DNA from: Nitrospirae bacterium YQR-1
GTDB lineage: Bacteria > Nitrospirota > Thermodesulfovibrionia > Thermodesulfovibrionales > Magnetobacteriaceae
Length of the DNA stretch: 64,000 bases
Direction of reading: 5' to 3'
Assembly: GCA_039908095.1 (NCBI GenBank)
Contig: JAMOBJ010000002.1
Coordinates: 23,331 to 87,330 of the forward strand
Shown here: in pieces, positions 19,721 through 30,712 of the stretch
Numbering within the stretch: position 1 is the first letter of the stretch
How the letters are laid out: every line of letters starts with the position of its first letter
Program-made: the position numbers and the translations under genes
The notes under the pieces: model-generated
What the model was told of the DNA's origin: nothing
The model's database searches: none
What the model saw: the letters and a program-made list of their open reading frames with translations, nothing else

Positions 19721-21313
19721 TCAGACTTTTTTACTTGATGACTTGTGCAGCTTTATAGTGTTTTGATTTTTTAACGGCTGTTTTGACTTTGTAGCTTCGC
19801 TTTTTGCAACCTTTTCTGACTTATGTTCTTTTGCAGCGGCATTTTTATCAGTGGTAGCCGGTTTCCTTGCCTTAGCGTTATCAACGGAGCGCTTTGCTGC
19901 TTTAACAGTCTCTTTGTGTTTATTTCCGGCATGTCCCGATTTGCCCTTCAGTGATACGGACGCTGTTGTAAAGGAAGTTGTCTTAGAATCAGAGATTTTA
20001 ATAACTTTGCCTACTTCCTTGTGCCGTTTGTTTGCCAAAGTGGCTTTACCTTTTACTGATGCTGTTTCCACTTCGGTGGGGGCTTTTGGTATTGCCGTAA
20101 GGGGCGGTACAAATACGGTCGTGTCTTTAGCTAACCTTTCGTTTATACCGTGGGAATTGATGTCTGAGAGCACGTCAACAGGAACTTTCAAACGCTTTGC
20201 AATAGTTCTCAGCGTCTCCGCCTTTCTGGTTTGATATTGTTTGAGCATAGCTCTCTGAAGATCAGTGGTGTTGTTATACGCCTCCATAAAAGCATCTTTT
20301 GTGCCATAGGGAATACGGAGTTTATATTGGGATACTTTTGGTGGTATGCACCACTGTTTCAATTCAGGGTTCAGTGATAATATTTTATCAACAGTGGTTC
20401 CTGAAGCGGCGGCAATGAAGCTAATTGCTGCCGGTGGTGTTATATATACTACATCATAGTCAATCGGGGCGGCATTTTCAAATTCATCGAAGCCATACTT
20501 TGCGGGCTCTGCCGCTATTTCCTTGGCGGCAAGGAATTTCGGTACATACTGCTTGGTTTCCTCAGCTATATGGTTTGTCTCCGCCAGTGACCAGAAGCTG
20601 TCAGTATTGGCGCGCTTCATTGCTTTATCTATGCGTCCCTCTCCGGCATTATATGCCGCAAGGGCAAGGTTCCATGAACCATACCTTGCATACAGAAACT
20701 TGAGATAATCAGAGGCCGCATGAGTTGACTTCACAGGGTCACGCCTCTCATCCACCCAACGATTTATCTTGAGGTTGTACTGTCTTGCCGTATGCTCCAT
20801 AAACTGCCACGGCCCTACCGCATGAGCCCGTGAAAGCGCAAACATATTGTAGCCACTCTCTATCAAAGGCACATACACCAAGTCCTCCGGAAGATTGTTC
20901 TCTGCAAGAATCTTCTTCATCATCGGCATATATTTGGATCCCCGGTTAATCCACCTTGTGAAACTTGATTTCATCTTCTCTGAAAAAAAAGACAGAAACA
21001 TGGATACAGATGCTGAGCCCTTATCATCGCCGGTAATTATACCGGTGTTTGTTAAGCTATAAGGAATAGTCTCATCTTTCTCAAAAATGGAACCCTCAGG
21101 CATGATACGTATCGCATATTCACGGATTCCATTAGAGCTGAGATTTAAATTGGTTGTTTGGTCCTCAAGAACCTTATGAGGAATTCTGAAAGATATGTTT
21201 TGCTCATCTGTATCCGGTAAGGCGGCCTTTTCATTGGAATAGTACAGTGCCTCTGTAAATGCAGGATACATAAAAAGCACCATGGCTAACCCTATTTGTA
21301 GTATATATCTCAC
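19721..21313 (-). CDS. Membrane-bound lytic murein transglycosylase (SLT domain + LysM repeats, Lys-rich C-terminal tail)
   Basis: SLT motifs ESGYNMFALSRAHAVGPWQF and AAYNAGEGRIDKA, with LysM-like segments. The track start at 21331 overlaps a consensus -10, so GTG 21313 (MRYILQIGLAMVLF.. signal) is preferred. Confidence 0.85.
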   Translation of the reverse strand: MRYILQIGLAMVLFMYPAFTEALYYSNEKAALPDTDEQNISFRIPHKVLEDQTTNLNLSSNGIREYAIRIMPEGSIFEKDETIPYSLTNTGIITGDDKGSASVSMFLSFFSEKMKSSFTRWINRGSKYMPMMKKILAENNLPEDLVYVPLIESGYNMFALSRAHAVGPWQFMEHTARQYNLKINRWVDERRDPVKSTHAASDYLKFLYARYGSWNLALAAYNAGEGRIDKAMKRANTDSFWSLAETNHIAEETKQYVPKFLAAKEIAAEPAKYGFDEFENAAPIDYDVVYITPPAAISFIAAASGTTVDKILSLNPELKQWCIPPKVSQYKLRIPYGTKDAFMEAYNNTTDLQRAMLKQYQTRKAETLRTIAKRLKVPVDVLSDINSHGINERLAKDTTVFVPPLTAIPKAPTEVETASVKGKATLANKRHKEVGKVIKISDSKTTSFTTASVSLKGKSGHAGNKHKETVKAAKRSVDNAKARKPATTDKNAAAKEHKSEKVAKSEATKSKQPLKNQNTIKLHKSSSKKV

Positions 21314-21322
21314 GGCTGGACC

Positions 21323-21351
21323 ATTATACAACTTTTTTGTTAGCTTGTCAA
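21323..21351 (-). promoter_or_regulatory. Consensus sigma70 promoter TTGACA-17-TATAAT for the transglycosylase gene
   Basis: Minus strand: TTGACA (21351-21346), 17-nt spacer, TATAAT (21328-21323). 12/12 match to consensus. Confidence 0.65.
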
Positions 21352-21373
21352 GATATTTTTTTACATCCGAAAT

Positions 21374-21402
21374 TTGAATTAATAAAAAAAAAATGTTATA
21401 CT
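21374..21402 (+). promoter_or_regulatory. Sigma70-type promoter for the DUF1015 gene
   Basis: TTGAAT (21374-21379), 17 nt, TGtTATACT (21394-21402). Confidence 0.5.
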
Positions 21403-21433
21403 GACAAGATTCAATTTTTGTTAAGGATGGTAA

Positions 21434-22663
21434 ATGACTGAAGTAGCTCCATTCAGAGGACTTTTATATGATCCGCAGAGGGTGTCGCTCTCTGATGTAA
21501 CTGCGCCGCCATATGACGTCATAACGCCGGATATGCAGACACAGCTCTACGACAAGAGCCCGTTTAATATAGTGCGAGTTGACTGGGCTGTGGAGAAGCC
21601 CGGAGATAACGATGAGGTTAACAAGTATGTTCGTGCCGCTGAAACCCTCAAAAGCTGGATAAACACCGGTACTATGAAATTCAGAGATAAACCGGCTTAT
21701 TTCCTGTATGAGGTTTCCTATAAGTACAGGGCAGCGGTAAAAAAAATGCGGGGACTCTTTGCTGCCGTGAAACTGGTTAAGCCCGGAGACGGGATTTATC
21801 CACACGAGGAGACACATTCTAAACCCAAGCAGGACAGGCTTAATCTGATGCGCTCCTGTAGAGCCAACACAAGCCCTGTGTTCTCCCTTTATAACAGTGC
21901 TGATATGACTCTTATCGGCATTATGGATGCCTGTAACGCCACTGCACCTTATTTTCAGTACTCCGGTTCAGATGAAATCTTACACCGGTGCTGGATTATA
22001 GATAACGGCGACAGTGTAGCAAAAATAACAAGAGCTCTTAAGGGTGAGAGCTTTTTTATAGCCGACGGCCACCACAGATATGAAACCGCCCTTGAATATC
22101 AAAAGCTTATAAAAGGAAGCAACGGTCAGGCCCGGGGCCCGCAGCCCTGTGACTACATACTTATGCTTATAACAAATATCAGAGACGGAGGAATTACCAT
22201 TTTACCTACCCACAGGATGGTAGCCGGAATAACGGCAAGTACACTGGAGCGTCTTAACCAATATTTTGATGTGCAATTCGTTGGGGTTGATGTGCCAATT
22301 ACAGATTATATAAGCGGCAAGGCAACGACTTTTGGTCTTTATCTGCGCCAGAGCGGCTACTATGCTCTGAGGTACAAGGGAGTCAGGCCGGATGGATTAG
22401 CCGGTATAGACGTAATGATTTTGCATGACATTATACTCGGGAAGTTGTATAATGTTAGTGATTTCGGATATGAGATGAGCGTGGAGAGAACTGTGGAAAG
22501 CGTAAAAAGCGGTCGATATGACGCCGCTATTTTTTTAAACCCCACGAGGGTTGAGGATGTAGAGCTCTCAGCAAAGACAGGTGTGAGGATGCCGCCAAAG
22601 TCAACATATTTTTATCCGAAAATTCCCACTGGGATAGTTATCAATTATCTGGACAAACACTGA
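21434..22663 (+). CDS. DUF1015 family protein
   Basis: VAPFRGLLYDP..VTAPPYDVI and ADGHHRYETAL motifs are characteristic of DUF1015. Confidence 0.85.
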   Translation: MTEVAPFRGLLYDPQRVSLSDVTAPPYDVITPDMQTQLYDKSPFNIVRVDWAVEKPGDNDEVNKYVRAAETLKSWINTGTMKFRDKPAYFLYEVSYKYRAAVKKMRGLFAAVKLVKPGDGIYPHEETHSKPKQDRLNLMRSCRANTSPVFSLYNSADMTLIGIMDACNATAPYFQYSGSDEILHRCWIIDNGDSVAKITRALKGESFFIADGHHRYETALEYQKLIKGSNGQARGPQPCDYILMLITNIRDGGITILPTHRMVAGITASTLERLNQYFDVQFVGVDVPITDYISGKATTFGLYLRQSGYYALRYKGVRPDGLAGIDVMILHDIILGKLYNVSDFGYEMSVERTVESVKSGRYDAAIFLNPTRVEDVELSAKTGVRMPPKSTYFYPKIPTGIVINYLDKH

Positions 22664-22718
22664 ATATAATAGTGTCTGTGCCGGATATAGAGGATGAGGA
22701 GACCTTGTCTCCTGATAA

Positions 22719-23750
<1,032 letters not shown>

Positions 23751-23755
23751 TCAAT

Positions 23756-24952
23756 ATGGCCCTGGAAAAATTAGTAATAACCGATTTAGACCTTAAGGGT
23801 AAGAGAGTTTTCATAAGGGTGGATTTCAATGTTCCCTTTGATGAGGCCGGAGCCATTACGGATAACACAAGGATTCTCAGCGCTCTTCCGACTATAAACA
23901 AAGCCATAGAGATGGGAGCTAAAGTGATTTTAGCCTCACACCTTGGCAGACCAAAGGGTAAAATAAATCCAAAGTTTAGCCTCAAACCTGTGGCAACCCG
24001 TCTTCAGGAACTCCTTGGAAAACCTGTGGCCTTTGCCCCGGACTGTATCGGCCCGGAGGTCGAGAAAATGGTCTCCGCCATGAAAGAAGGTGACGTACTG
24101 CTCCTTGAAAACGTAAGGTTTCATGCAGAGGAGGAGAAAAACGATCCTGAGTTTGCAAAATCGTTGTCAAAACTGGCCGATGTTTACGTAAACGATGCCT
24201 TTGGCACAGCCCACAGGGCACATGCCACCACAGAGGGTATCACAAGGCACCTTCCAAAGGCGGCAGCCGGTTTTCTGATGAAGAAAGAGCTTGACTATCT
24301 TATTAATGCTGTGGAAAACCCGACGCGGCCCTTTACGGCTATTGTCGGCGGCGCTAAGGTATCCGGGAAGATCGGTGTACTGGAGCACCTCAGCTCTAAA
24401 GTCAACAAGATCATAGTTGGCGGCGGCATGGCCAATACCTTTTTCAAAGCCCAGGGTTTTGAGATCGGAGACTCACTGTGTGAGGATGATATGCTTGATA
24501 CGGCTAAGAGCATTATGGAAAAAATGAAGGCCAACAACGTTGACCTGCTTTTGCCCGTTGATTGCGTAATCGCTCAAAATACCGAGCCTGGAACCGCCAC
24601 TAAGGTTGTCTCTGTAAAGGATGTGCCGGCAGGATGGAAGATTCTCGATATCGGTCCTGAGTCGTCAAAGATTTATTCCGATGCCGTAAGGAGCTCTAAG
24701 ACTATCGTTTGGAACGGCCCGATGGGGTTGTTTGAAATTGAGGCGTTTTCAAGCGGTACCTTTGAGCTGGCAAAAGCTGTAGCTGCCTCAGGCAGTACCA
24801 GCATAATCGGCGGCGGTGACTCTGTTTTAGCAGTTAACCGTGCCGGTGTTGCCGATAAGGTGTCATTTATTTCAACCGGCGGCGGCGCTTCCCTTGAGCT
24901 TCTTGAGGGAAAAGTGTTGCCGGGCGTTGCAGCTTTAACTGATAAAAAGTAA
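23756..24952 (+). CDS. pgk: Phosphoglycerate kinase
   Basis: [32 protein letters not shown] motifs. gap-pgk synteny. Confidence 0.95.
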   Translation: MALEKLVITDLDLKGKRVFIRVDFNVPFDEAGAITDNTRILSALPTINKAIEMGAKVILASHLGRPKGKINPKFSLKPVATRLQELLGKPVAFAPDCIGPEVEKMVSAMKEGDVLLLENVRFHAEEEKNDPEFAKSLSKLADVYVNDAFGTAHRAHATTEGITRHLPKAAAGFLMKKELDYLINAVENPTRPFTAIVGGAKVSGKIGVLEHLSSKVNKIIVGGGMANTFFKAQGFEIGDSLCEDDMLDTAKSIMEKMKANNVDLLLPVDCVIAQNTEPGTATKVVSVKDVPAGWKILDIGPESSKIYSDAVRSSKTIVWNGPMGLFEIEAFSSGTFELAKAVAASGSTSIIGGGDSVLAVNRAGVADKVSFISTGGGASLELLEGKVLPGVAALTDKK

Positions 24953-24962
24953 TTTTTATAGA

Positions 24963-24999
24963 CAGGGGATAAGAGTTTTCACACCGCTCTTATTCCCTG
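24963..24999 (+). terminator. Hairpin terminator after pgk
   Basis: CAGGGGATAAGAG (24963-24975) pairs with CTCTTATTCCCTG (24987-24999) with one wobble, followed by T-rich TTATATT. Confidence 0.55.
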
Positions 25000-25014
25000 T
25001 TATATTAATGTTTA

Positions 25015-28000
25015 ATGAGCACATTGGGATTTCATACTTCATTGTGTTTAAATAACAATATGAGTTTAAATAAATTAAAAGCAAAAGTTAGAGAACTGTT
25101 AATAAAACCTAAGAAGCTACAGGAGGTTGCAGAGAGGTTACCTGATGACAGAATAAATTTCCACTGTGATAAAACCCTGTTTGCCTTTGATGCCATAGAG
25201 ATATCAGGCTGGGCTCTTTCCAAAGATGGTGTGGACAGAGTTGAAATCTTAATAGACGGACAGCCCGTTGGTCTTGCATCTTTGGGGTTAATCCGGAGGG
25301 ATTTGGCTGTGGCCTACCCTGAAATAGAAGATAGTATAATTGGTGGTTTTGTTTTTTTTAAGTATTTAGACACCGCCCTGGCTCCAGGGCGGCATAGTGC
25401 AGTTGTCTCAGTTGTATCCAACACAGGTCGCTCTTTAAGCACAGAGATACCTTTTAAAATAAGTGAAAATCTGGCATCACTATTATCTAAAACTGATGCC
25501 AATATCTATAGCAACCATGAAAAAATTGTGCTTGCCATGGACTATATCAGCGTATCAGGATGGGCTTTCTCACTGAGTGATATAGAGAGTATTCAGATTT
25601 TTGTTGATGGTACATATATTGGAAAAGCTAAGCATACACTATTTAGAGCCGACATTAATCAGAAATTTCCATCGTACAAAAACAGTTTGATCTCAGGATT
25701 TTGCTACAGGGATAAAATAGAACCTATGCTTTTACCCGGGCTTCACACAGTTGATATAAAGGCCGTTACTGAACATGGGGTTATAACCTGCCTGAGTGAG
25801 CTTATAGCAGTCAATGTGACCTATGACCGGATGCCGGCTCCGGATATTGTCTTACATTGCGATAACTTGATTTTATGTACAGATGTTATTGATATTTATG
25901 GTTGGGTGTTATCAGAGAGTGGGATTGCAACTCTTGAGGTTTATATAGACGGGGAATTTATTGAAGAGGCTGTATTTATCAGCAGCCGGTTGGATGTCTG
26001 GAGAACCTATCAGTGTATGAAAGATATAGAGAAAGGGTGTTTTTGTTTATTAAAAAACCTCAGGGAACCTGTCCCTGCCGGCAATCATATTGTTACACTA
26101 AGAGCCGTAAGCGAATGTGAATTTGTACGGCAAATTGATATACCGCAACAGGTAAACCAAAGCTACTCAGATATTTCAACAGAAGCACCTCAGGAAATAG
26201 ACATTGATTTTGTATCAACCATTTGTTTGGATAAGATATATATAAACGGTTGGGCTTTCTCCACTGACGGAATTAAAGAGGTTGAGTTTTATTTAAATGG
26301 TAAATTCACAGACAAACTCTTTTACGGATTCGATAAACCTGATGTTGTAGAGTCTTTCCCTTGTAAAACCAAAGCGTTAAAATCAGGTATTTGTATTTTA
26401 AAGGATTTGGATAATCAACTGTTGGAGGGTGATTGTATATTAACCTTAAAAATAATAACAAATAGAGGGGATACAAAAGAGCTGTCACAACTAAAGGTGG
26501 TGTCGCAGACTTATGAACAACATCTTAATAGCAGCCTGCTGAATGAACTAATGTCCCTTGATCTCGTTTACCTCACGCCGCGGGAGATTTATATAGCAGG
26601 ATGGGTTGTATTTCCGGGTGGGACTTCAGCGGTGGAGATATTAATAGACGGTATTTCTTACGGCATAGTGTTTCCAGCAGTCTCAAGACCTGACATTGAG
26701 GCTAACTTTAAGTGTTACAAAGATTCAAAGGATTGTGGATTTTCTTATTATGCCGGCCTGCTTAAAAAACTTGAAGGCGGCAACCGTGTTGTTACGATAA
26801 GAGCGAAGTCAAAAGACGGGCTGCTGAACGAAAAGCAATATTTTTGCACTATATATGATATTGAAGGTTCATATGACAAATACAAAATTAATCTACATGA
26901 GCCTGACAGAGATACAGCACAGCGAGAAATAGCTAATTTTACTTATAAACCTGTATTTTCAATAATAACTCCTGTTTATAATATAGACCCAAAGTGGCTT
27001 AACCAATGTATCAATTCGGTTTTGAATCAATATTATGACAATTGGGAACTGTGTCTTTATGATGACGCCTCCTCAAAAGCTGAAACACTGGAATGTCTAA
27101 AGAGTTGGGAGGGGAAAGATAAGCGCATAAAGATTTCTTACGGAGAGAAAAACCTGCATATTTCAGGGGCCTCTAATGAAGCACTTAAACTTGCAACCGG
27201 TGACTTTATAGCTCTGCTTGACAACGATGACGAGCTTGCTCCTCAAGCACTCTTTGAATTTGCAAAGACACTTAATACAAATCAACAACTTGATTTTATA
27301 TTCAGCGATGAGGATAAAATGGAGGAGGACGGCAAGAGGGTGGAACCGTTTTTTAAGCCTGACTGGTCGTTGCATTTACTTCTTAGTATGATGTACACCG
27401 GACACTTAAGTGTTTACAGGAAATCCATTATTGATAAAATCGGTGGCTTTAGAAAAGGTTTTGAGGGCTCTCAGGACTACGATTTGGTACTCAGATTTAT
27501 CGAACAAACCATACCTGAAAGAATAGCCCATATTCCTCTGATTTTATATCACTGGAAGAAGATACAAGGCTCAGTTGCTGTTGTAGGAGAAAGCAAAAAA
27601 TATGCTTATGAAAACGCCAAAAAAGCAATTAATCAGTATCTATATAGAAATAATATACCGGCAAGTGCTGAATTCAGTAATTTGCTTGGATGTTACCATC
27701 TAAAGCATGATCTTAAGAAAAACCCTTTGATCTCAATAATAATACCGACAAAGGATAAGGCTGATTACTTAAGTGTTTGTATTAAGTCCATTTTAGAGAA
27801 GACAAAATACAACAACTATGAAATCATTATAGTAGATACCGGAAGTACAGAGGATAAAACATTTATTTTCTATAGTACGATAAAAGACCATTCACATATT
27901 AAATTAGTGCAATTTCACAGAGACGTGTTTAATTACTCCGAGTCAAATAATTTCGGCGTAATGAATTCTAATGGCGAAATACTCCTTTTTTTGAACAATG

Positions 28001-28557
28001 ATACTAAAGTAATAAACAGTGATTGGTTAGAAGAGATGGCTGGATATGCCGCAATGGATAATGTCGGTTCAGTAGGATGCAAACTCCTGTACCCTGACGA
28101 CAGGATTCAACACATGGGTGTTGTGGTAGGACTAATGGGAGGGGCGGCTCACGTCGGCAGGTTTTTTAATGACAAGAACTGGATGGGGTTTCCATTTCTT
28201 AACGCAAAAGACGTGGTAAGAGATGTAACAGCGGTAACAGGAGCTTGTCTTATGGTCAAGAGAAAAGTCTTTGATGAGGTCAATGGATTTGATACGGATT
28301 TTATAATCGCCTTTAATGATATTGATTTTTGTCTGAGGCTCCGCAGAGCCGGCTATACAAACATTTATACACCTTATGCAAGGCTTTACCACCATGAATC
28401 CGTATCAATTGGAACACTTGATGATGACAATCGCTGCAAGACGCTATTTGCTCGGGAGGTGGAATTGTTTAGATCCAGATGGAACATAGATTCATTTAGA
28501 GACCCTTACTTTAATCCTCACACAGATGAAAATTTCACAATTATTCAGCCTGGCTGA
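25015..28557 (+). CDS. Large glycosyltransferase: five tandem ~116-aa N-terminal repeats plus two GT2 (GT-A) domains
   Basis: Repeats each carry x[IV]xGWA/V..[IV]E[IV]xIDG.. (25153 to ~26860). GT2 motifs are FSIITPVYN..LYDDASS..LDNDDEL (from ~26956) and ISIIIPTKDK..IIVDTGS..FLNNDT (from ~27729). The start is uncertain; ATG 25060 is also possible. Confidence 0.85.
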   Translation: MSTLGFHTSLCLNNNMSLNKLKAKVRELLIKPKKLQEVAERLPDDRINFHCDKTLFAFDAIEISGWALSKDGVDRVEILIDGQPVGLASLGLIRRDLAVAYPEIEDSIIGGFVFFKYLDTALAPGRHSAVVSVVSNTGRSLSTEIPFKISENLASLLSKTDANIYSNHEKIVLAMDYISVSGWAFSLSDIESIQIFVDGTYIGKAKHTLFRADINQKFPSYKNSLISGFCYRDKIEPMLLPGLHTVDIKAVTEHGVITCLSELIAVNVTYDRMPAPDIVLHCDNLILCTDVIDIYGWVLSESGIATLEVYIDGEFIEEAVFISSRLDVWRTYQCMKDIEKGCFCLLKNLREPVPAGNHIVTLRAVSECEFVRQIDIPQQVNQSYSDISTEAPQEIDIDFVSTICLDKIYINGWAFSTDGIKEVEFYLNGKFTDKLFYGFDKPDVVESFPCKTKALKSGICILKDLDNQLLEGDCILTLKIITNRGDTKELSQLKVVSQTYEQHLNSSLLNELMSLDLVYLTPREIYIAGWVVFPGGTSAVEILIDGISYGIVFPAVSRPDIEANFKCYKDSKDCGFSYYAGLLKKLEGGNRVVTIRAKSKDGLLNEKQYFCTIYDIEGSYDKYKINLHEPDRDTAQREIANFTYKPVFSIITPVYNIDPKWLNQCINSVLNQYYDNWELCLYDDASSKAETLECLKSWEGKDKRIKISYGEKNLHISGASNEALKLATGDFIALLDNDDELAPQALFEFAKTLNTNQQLDFIFSDEDKMEEDGKRVEPFFKPDWSLHLLLSMMYTGHLSVYRKSIIDKIGGFRKGFEGSQDYDLVLRFIEQTIPERIAHIPLILYHWKKIQGSVAVVGESKKYAYENAKKAINQYLYRNNIPASAEFSNLLGCYHLKHDLKKNPLISIIIPTKDKADYLSVCIKSILEKTKYNNYEIIIVDTGSTEDKTFIFYSTIKDHSHIKLVQFHRDVFNYSESNNFGVMNSNGEILLFLNNDTKVINSDWLEEMAGYAAMDNVGSVGCKLLYPDDRIQHMGVVVGLMGGAAHVGRFFNDKNWMGFPFLNAKDVVRDVTAVTGACLMVKRKVFDEVNGFDTDFIIAFNDIDFCLRLRRAGYTNIYTPYARLYHHESVSIGTLDDDNRCKTLFAREVELFRSRWNIDSFRDPYFNPHTDENFTIIQPG

Positions 28558-28588
28558 AAAACAAATAAAACTTGTAAAGGATTGAATC

Positions 28589-29173
28589 TTGAAGCTTGAC
28601 ATTGGCTGCGGAAGCAAAAAAAGAGAGGGTTTTATCGGCATAGACATAGTGGCAGGAGCTGATGTAGATTATGTTATCAATTTAGAACATGAAAAACTTC
28701 CTTTTGATAACGACACTGTTGACTACATATATTCCTCACATTTTTTAGAACATGTTAAATATCCTGACAATGTTCTGCCGGAATTGGGCAGGGTTGCAAA
28801 AGACAATGCAACAATTGAGTTATGGACGCCTTACGCTTTTTCAAATGAGGCTTTTTTGTATAGACATGAAGTATTTTTAACAGAGCTGGTGTGGGAGAAT
28901 TTTTGCGTTACAAGCGGAGATTTATTCTATCATATGCTTGGTAAAAAACGATGGCTATTCAACGAAATTGTTTATGTTCTCCAGCCTGCTGTGGAAAATG
29001 AAATTCTGGAGGCAGGGCTTACGATACCTTTTGCCATAAAGTACTTAAAGGGAATTGTCATTGAGTTTGGTTGTTTTTTTACTGTAAAAAAAGACATGAC
29101 CGAGCCTTTAATAGTGCCGCGAAAAACATTTTCTCACACACGGTATGGAGAGCGATATGACCTCTCAAAATGA
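28589..29173 (+). CDS. Class I SAM-dependent methyltransferase
   Basis: LDIGCGSKKREGFIGIDI ... DTVDYIYSSHFLEHV (Methyltransf_11-like). TTG start. Confidence 0.75.
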   Translation: MKLDIGCGSKKREGFIGIDIVAGADVDYVINLEHEKLPFDNDTVDYIYSSHFLEHVKYPDNVLPELGRVAKDNATIELWTPYAFSNEAFLYRHEVFLTELVWENFCVTSGDLFYHMLGKKRWLFNEIVYVLQPAVENEILEAGLTIPFAIKYLKGIVIEFGCFFTVKKDMTEPLIVPRKTFSHTRYGERYDLSK

Positions 29174-29214
29174 TACTGCTGACGCATATCATTAGTCCTT
29201 CAAACCTACACCTT

Positions 29215-29356
29215 ATACCAGGTTGCATTCATTCGATTAACTTTGTTGGCTTCGTCGAAACCTCCTTGACGTCTCCCCTAAAAGGGGATTCCCCTGTAAA
29301 GGGAGGTGTCGCTTTCTCCTTGCCGCCTCGTTACTCTTTTGACTGCAACCTGGTAT
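29215..29356 (+). mobile_element. MITE-like element, full copy (142 bp)
   Basis: ATACCAGGTTGCATTCATTCGATTAAC...TTTTGACTGCAACCTGGTAT. Both termini carry the compensating A->G / T->C change. It overlaps the stop region of the MinD-like gene. Confidence 0.8.
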
Positions 29357-30257
29357 TACTGGTTAGTGCCATTGCTATTTTCAGGATTGATTTTGAAAAC
29401 TCCGACTGAGGGCTTGTCGTCATAACCGGTTTGAGAGTAAGTATCGCTTTTTTTACAGCGTCATCCTCAGGGATATATTCTAATACGTTACTCTCAATCC
29501 CCACATAATCTTTAAGGAGTTTTGAAATTACTTTCCCGACTTGAGCATCGTTTTTGCTTTGAAGCCGGTTTATCACAATATCGGGAATGAAACTACGCAG
29601 TTTCTCTCTGGCTAAAGCCGCAGTGGCAGGACTTAATTTTGCCGCCTCATTAAGTACGCTTTCAATGGATTTTAAATGTGGATTTTCAACAACGTCCTTA
29701 GCCCTCTCTACAATGTCAAGCAAGTCAACCACTTTAGCATCCCTAAAGATCACTGTCAGTAACCTGAAAACCGCAGTTTTTATAAAGGTATAGACTTTCA
29801 TTAAAGAGGTGACCTCCGGTGTTGTCACCAAAAGGTTACGGTTTGCAATAAAGGCAAAATCAACAACGTTGTATGAGGAGCCTGCGGCAAGGTCTAAAAT
29901 AACAATGTCACAGTCAAGACGCGCAATGTGGTTTATTAATTTGACCTTCTGTTGAAACGATATGTTTGCAATATTATGAACATTTGTGCCGCCGCATATG
30001 ACTCTGAGGTTTTTAATGCCGGAATCTATAGCTGTCTCCTGAAGTGTCTTAACTTTCCTTAATAACAAATCCTCAAGGGTATAACGTACCTCTTTTACCC
30101 CTAAAATAGCATGAAGATTGGCCCCGCCCAAATCCAGATCAACTGCAATAACCCTCTTGCCCATCTGTGCCAGTGCGATGGCAAGGTTTGCCGATACATT
30201 TGACTTTCCTACGCCACCCTTTGGCCCCAGTATTGAGCATATTATTTTTTTATCCAT
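29331..30257 (-). CDS. MinD/ParA-family P-loop ATPase (FlhG/FleN-like)
   Basis: Deviant Walker A GPKGGVGKSNVSANLAIALAQMGKRVIAVDLDLGGANLH. The last ~8 codons and the stop are supplied by the MITE. Confidence 0.85.
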   Translation of the reverse strand: MDKKIICSILGPKGGVGKSNVSANLAIALAQMGKRVIAVDLDLGGANLHAILGVKEVRYTLEDLLLRKVKTLQETAIDSGIKNLRVICGGTNVHNIANISFQQKVKLINHIARLDCDIVILDLAAGSSYNVVDFAFIANRNLLVTTPEVTSLMKVYTFIKTAVFRLLTVIFRDAKVVDLLDIVERAKDVVENPHLKSIESVLNEAAKLSPATAALAREKLRSFIPDIVINRLQSKNDAQVGKVISKLLKDYVGIESNVLEYIPEDDAVKKAILTLKPVMTTSPQSEFSKSILKIAMALTSNTRLQSKE

Positions 30258-30281
30258 ACAGACAAGCCATGTGAGACTGTT

Positions 30282-30704
30282 TTAATCCAACTTAAGATAA
30301 AGTTTCAGGGTGTCTGTGAGTGAGGTGGATTCGCCAAAGTGTTCTTTCTTTTTTTCAGTTTTAAGGAGTTTTAGAGCCACATCAAGAATTCCCTCTGGAT
30401 CAAAAGGACTTAAAGGGCAGTAAGCTGAAGCATAAGAGCTTAAAACACTGTCATCAGGTTCAGATAAAAGCACAATATGCGAGGTTATCTCCGGTGAGAT
30501 AGTGTCGGATAACCTCTCCAGCTCACCTGGGAAAAAACTACCGCTATCCAACACCACCACACCTGGTTTCAAGGTAAACAATAACGCTCCAAAGTCCGCT
30601 ATTGCCTTATATAATGAGCTCTCGCAGCCGCCTTTCTTAAATACTTTCGATAAAACATGCCCCCGGAGTTCATCTGCCGAGAAAATTATAACCGGAACCT
30701 GCAT
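30282..30704 (-). CDS. Receiver-like (CheY-fold) protein, probably a pseudo-receiver
   Basis: Beta-alpha pattern VIIFSAD / VVVLDSG / IVLLSEP / PLSPFDP. The acceptor-position Asp is present, but the conserved KPF Lys reads SPF and only one N-terminal acidic residue remains. Alignment by eye. Confidence 0.5.
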   Translation of the reverse strand: MQVPVIIFSADELRGHVLSKVFKKGGCESSLYKAIADFGALLFTLKPGVVVLDSGSFFPGELERLSDTISPEITSHIVLLSEPDDSVLSSYASAYCPLSPFDPEGILDVALKLLKTEKKKEHFGESTSLTDTLKLYLKLD

Positions 30705-30712
30705 TCAAAAAG

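Noticed and set aside
29170-29409. ORFs 29170-29409, 63696-63923 and 6762-6962, and the minus-strand ORFs 33069-33254 and 33143-33328, as real small proteins.
   Set aside because: 29170-29409 and 63696-63923 share the peptide IHSINFVGFVE only because both read through MITE copies. The 33069-33328 ORFs read through the 110-bp repeat. 6762-6962 spans a purine-rich spacer and hairpin. None has an RBS.
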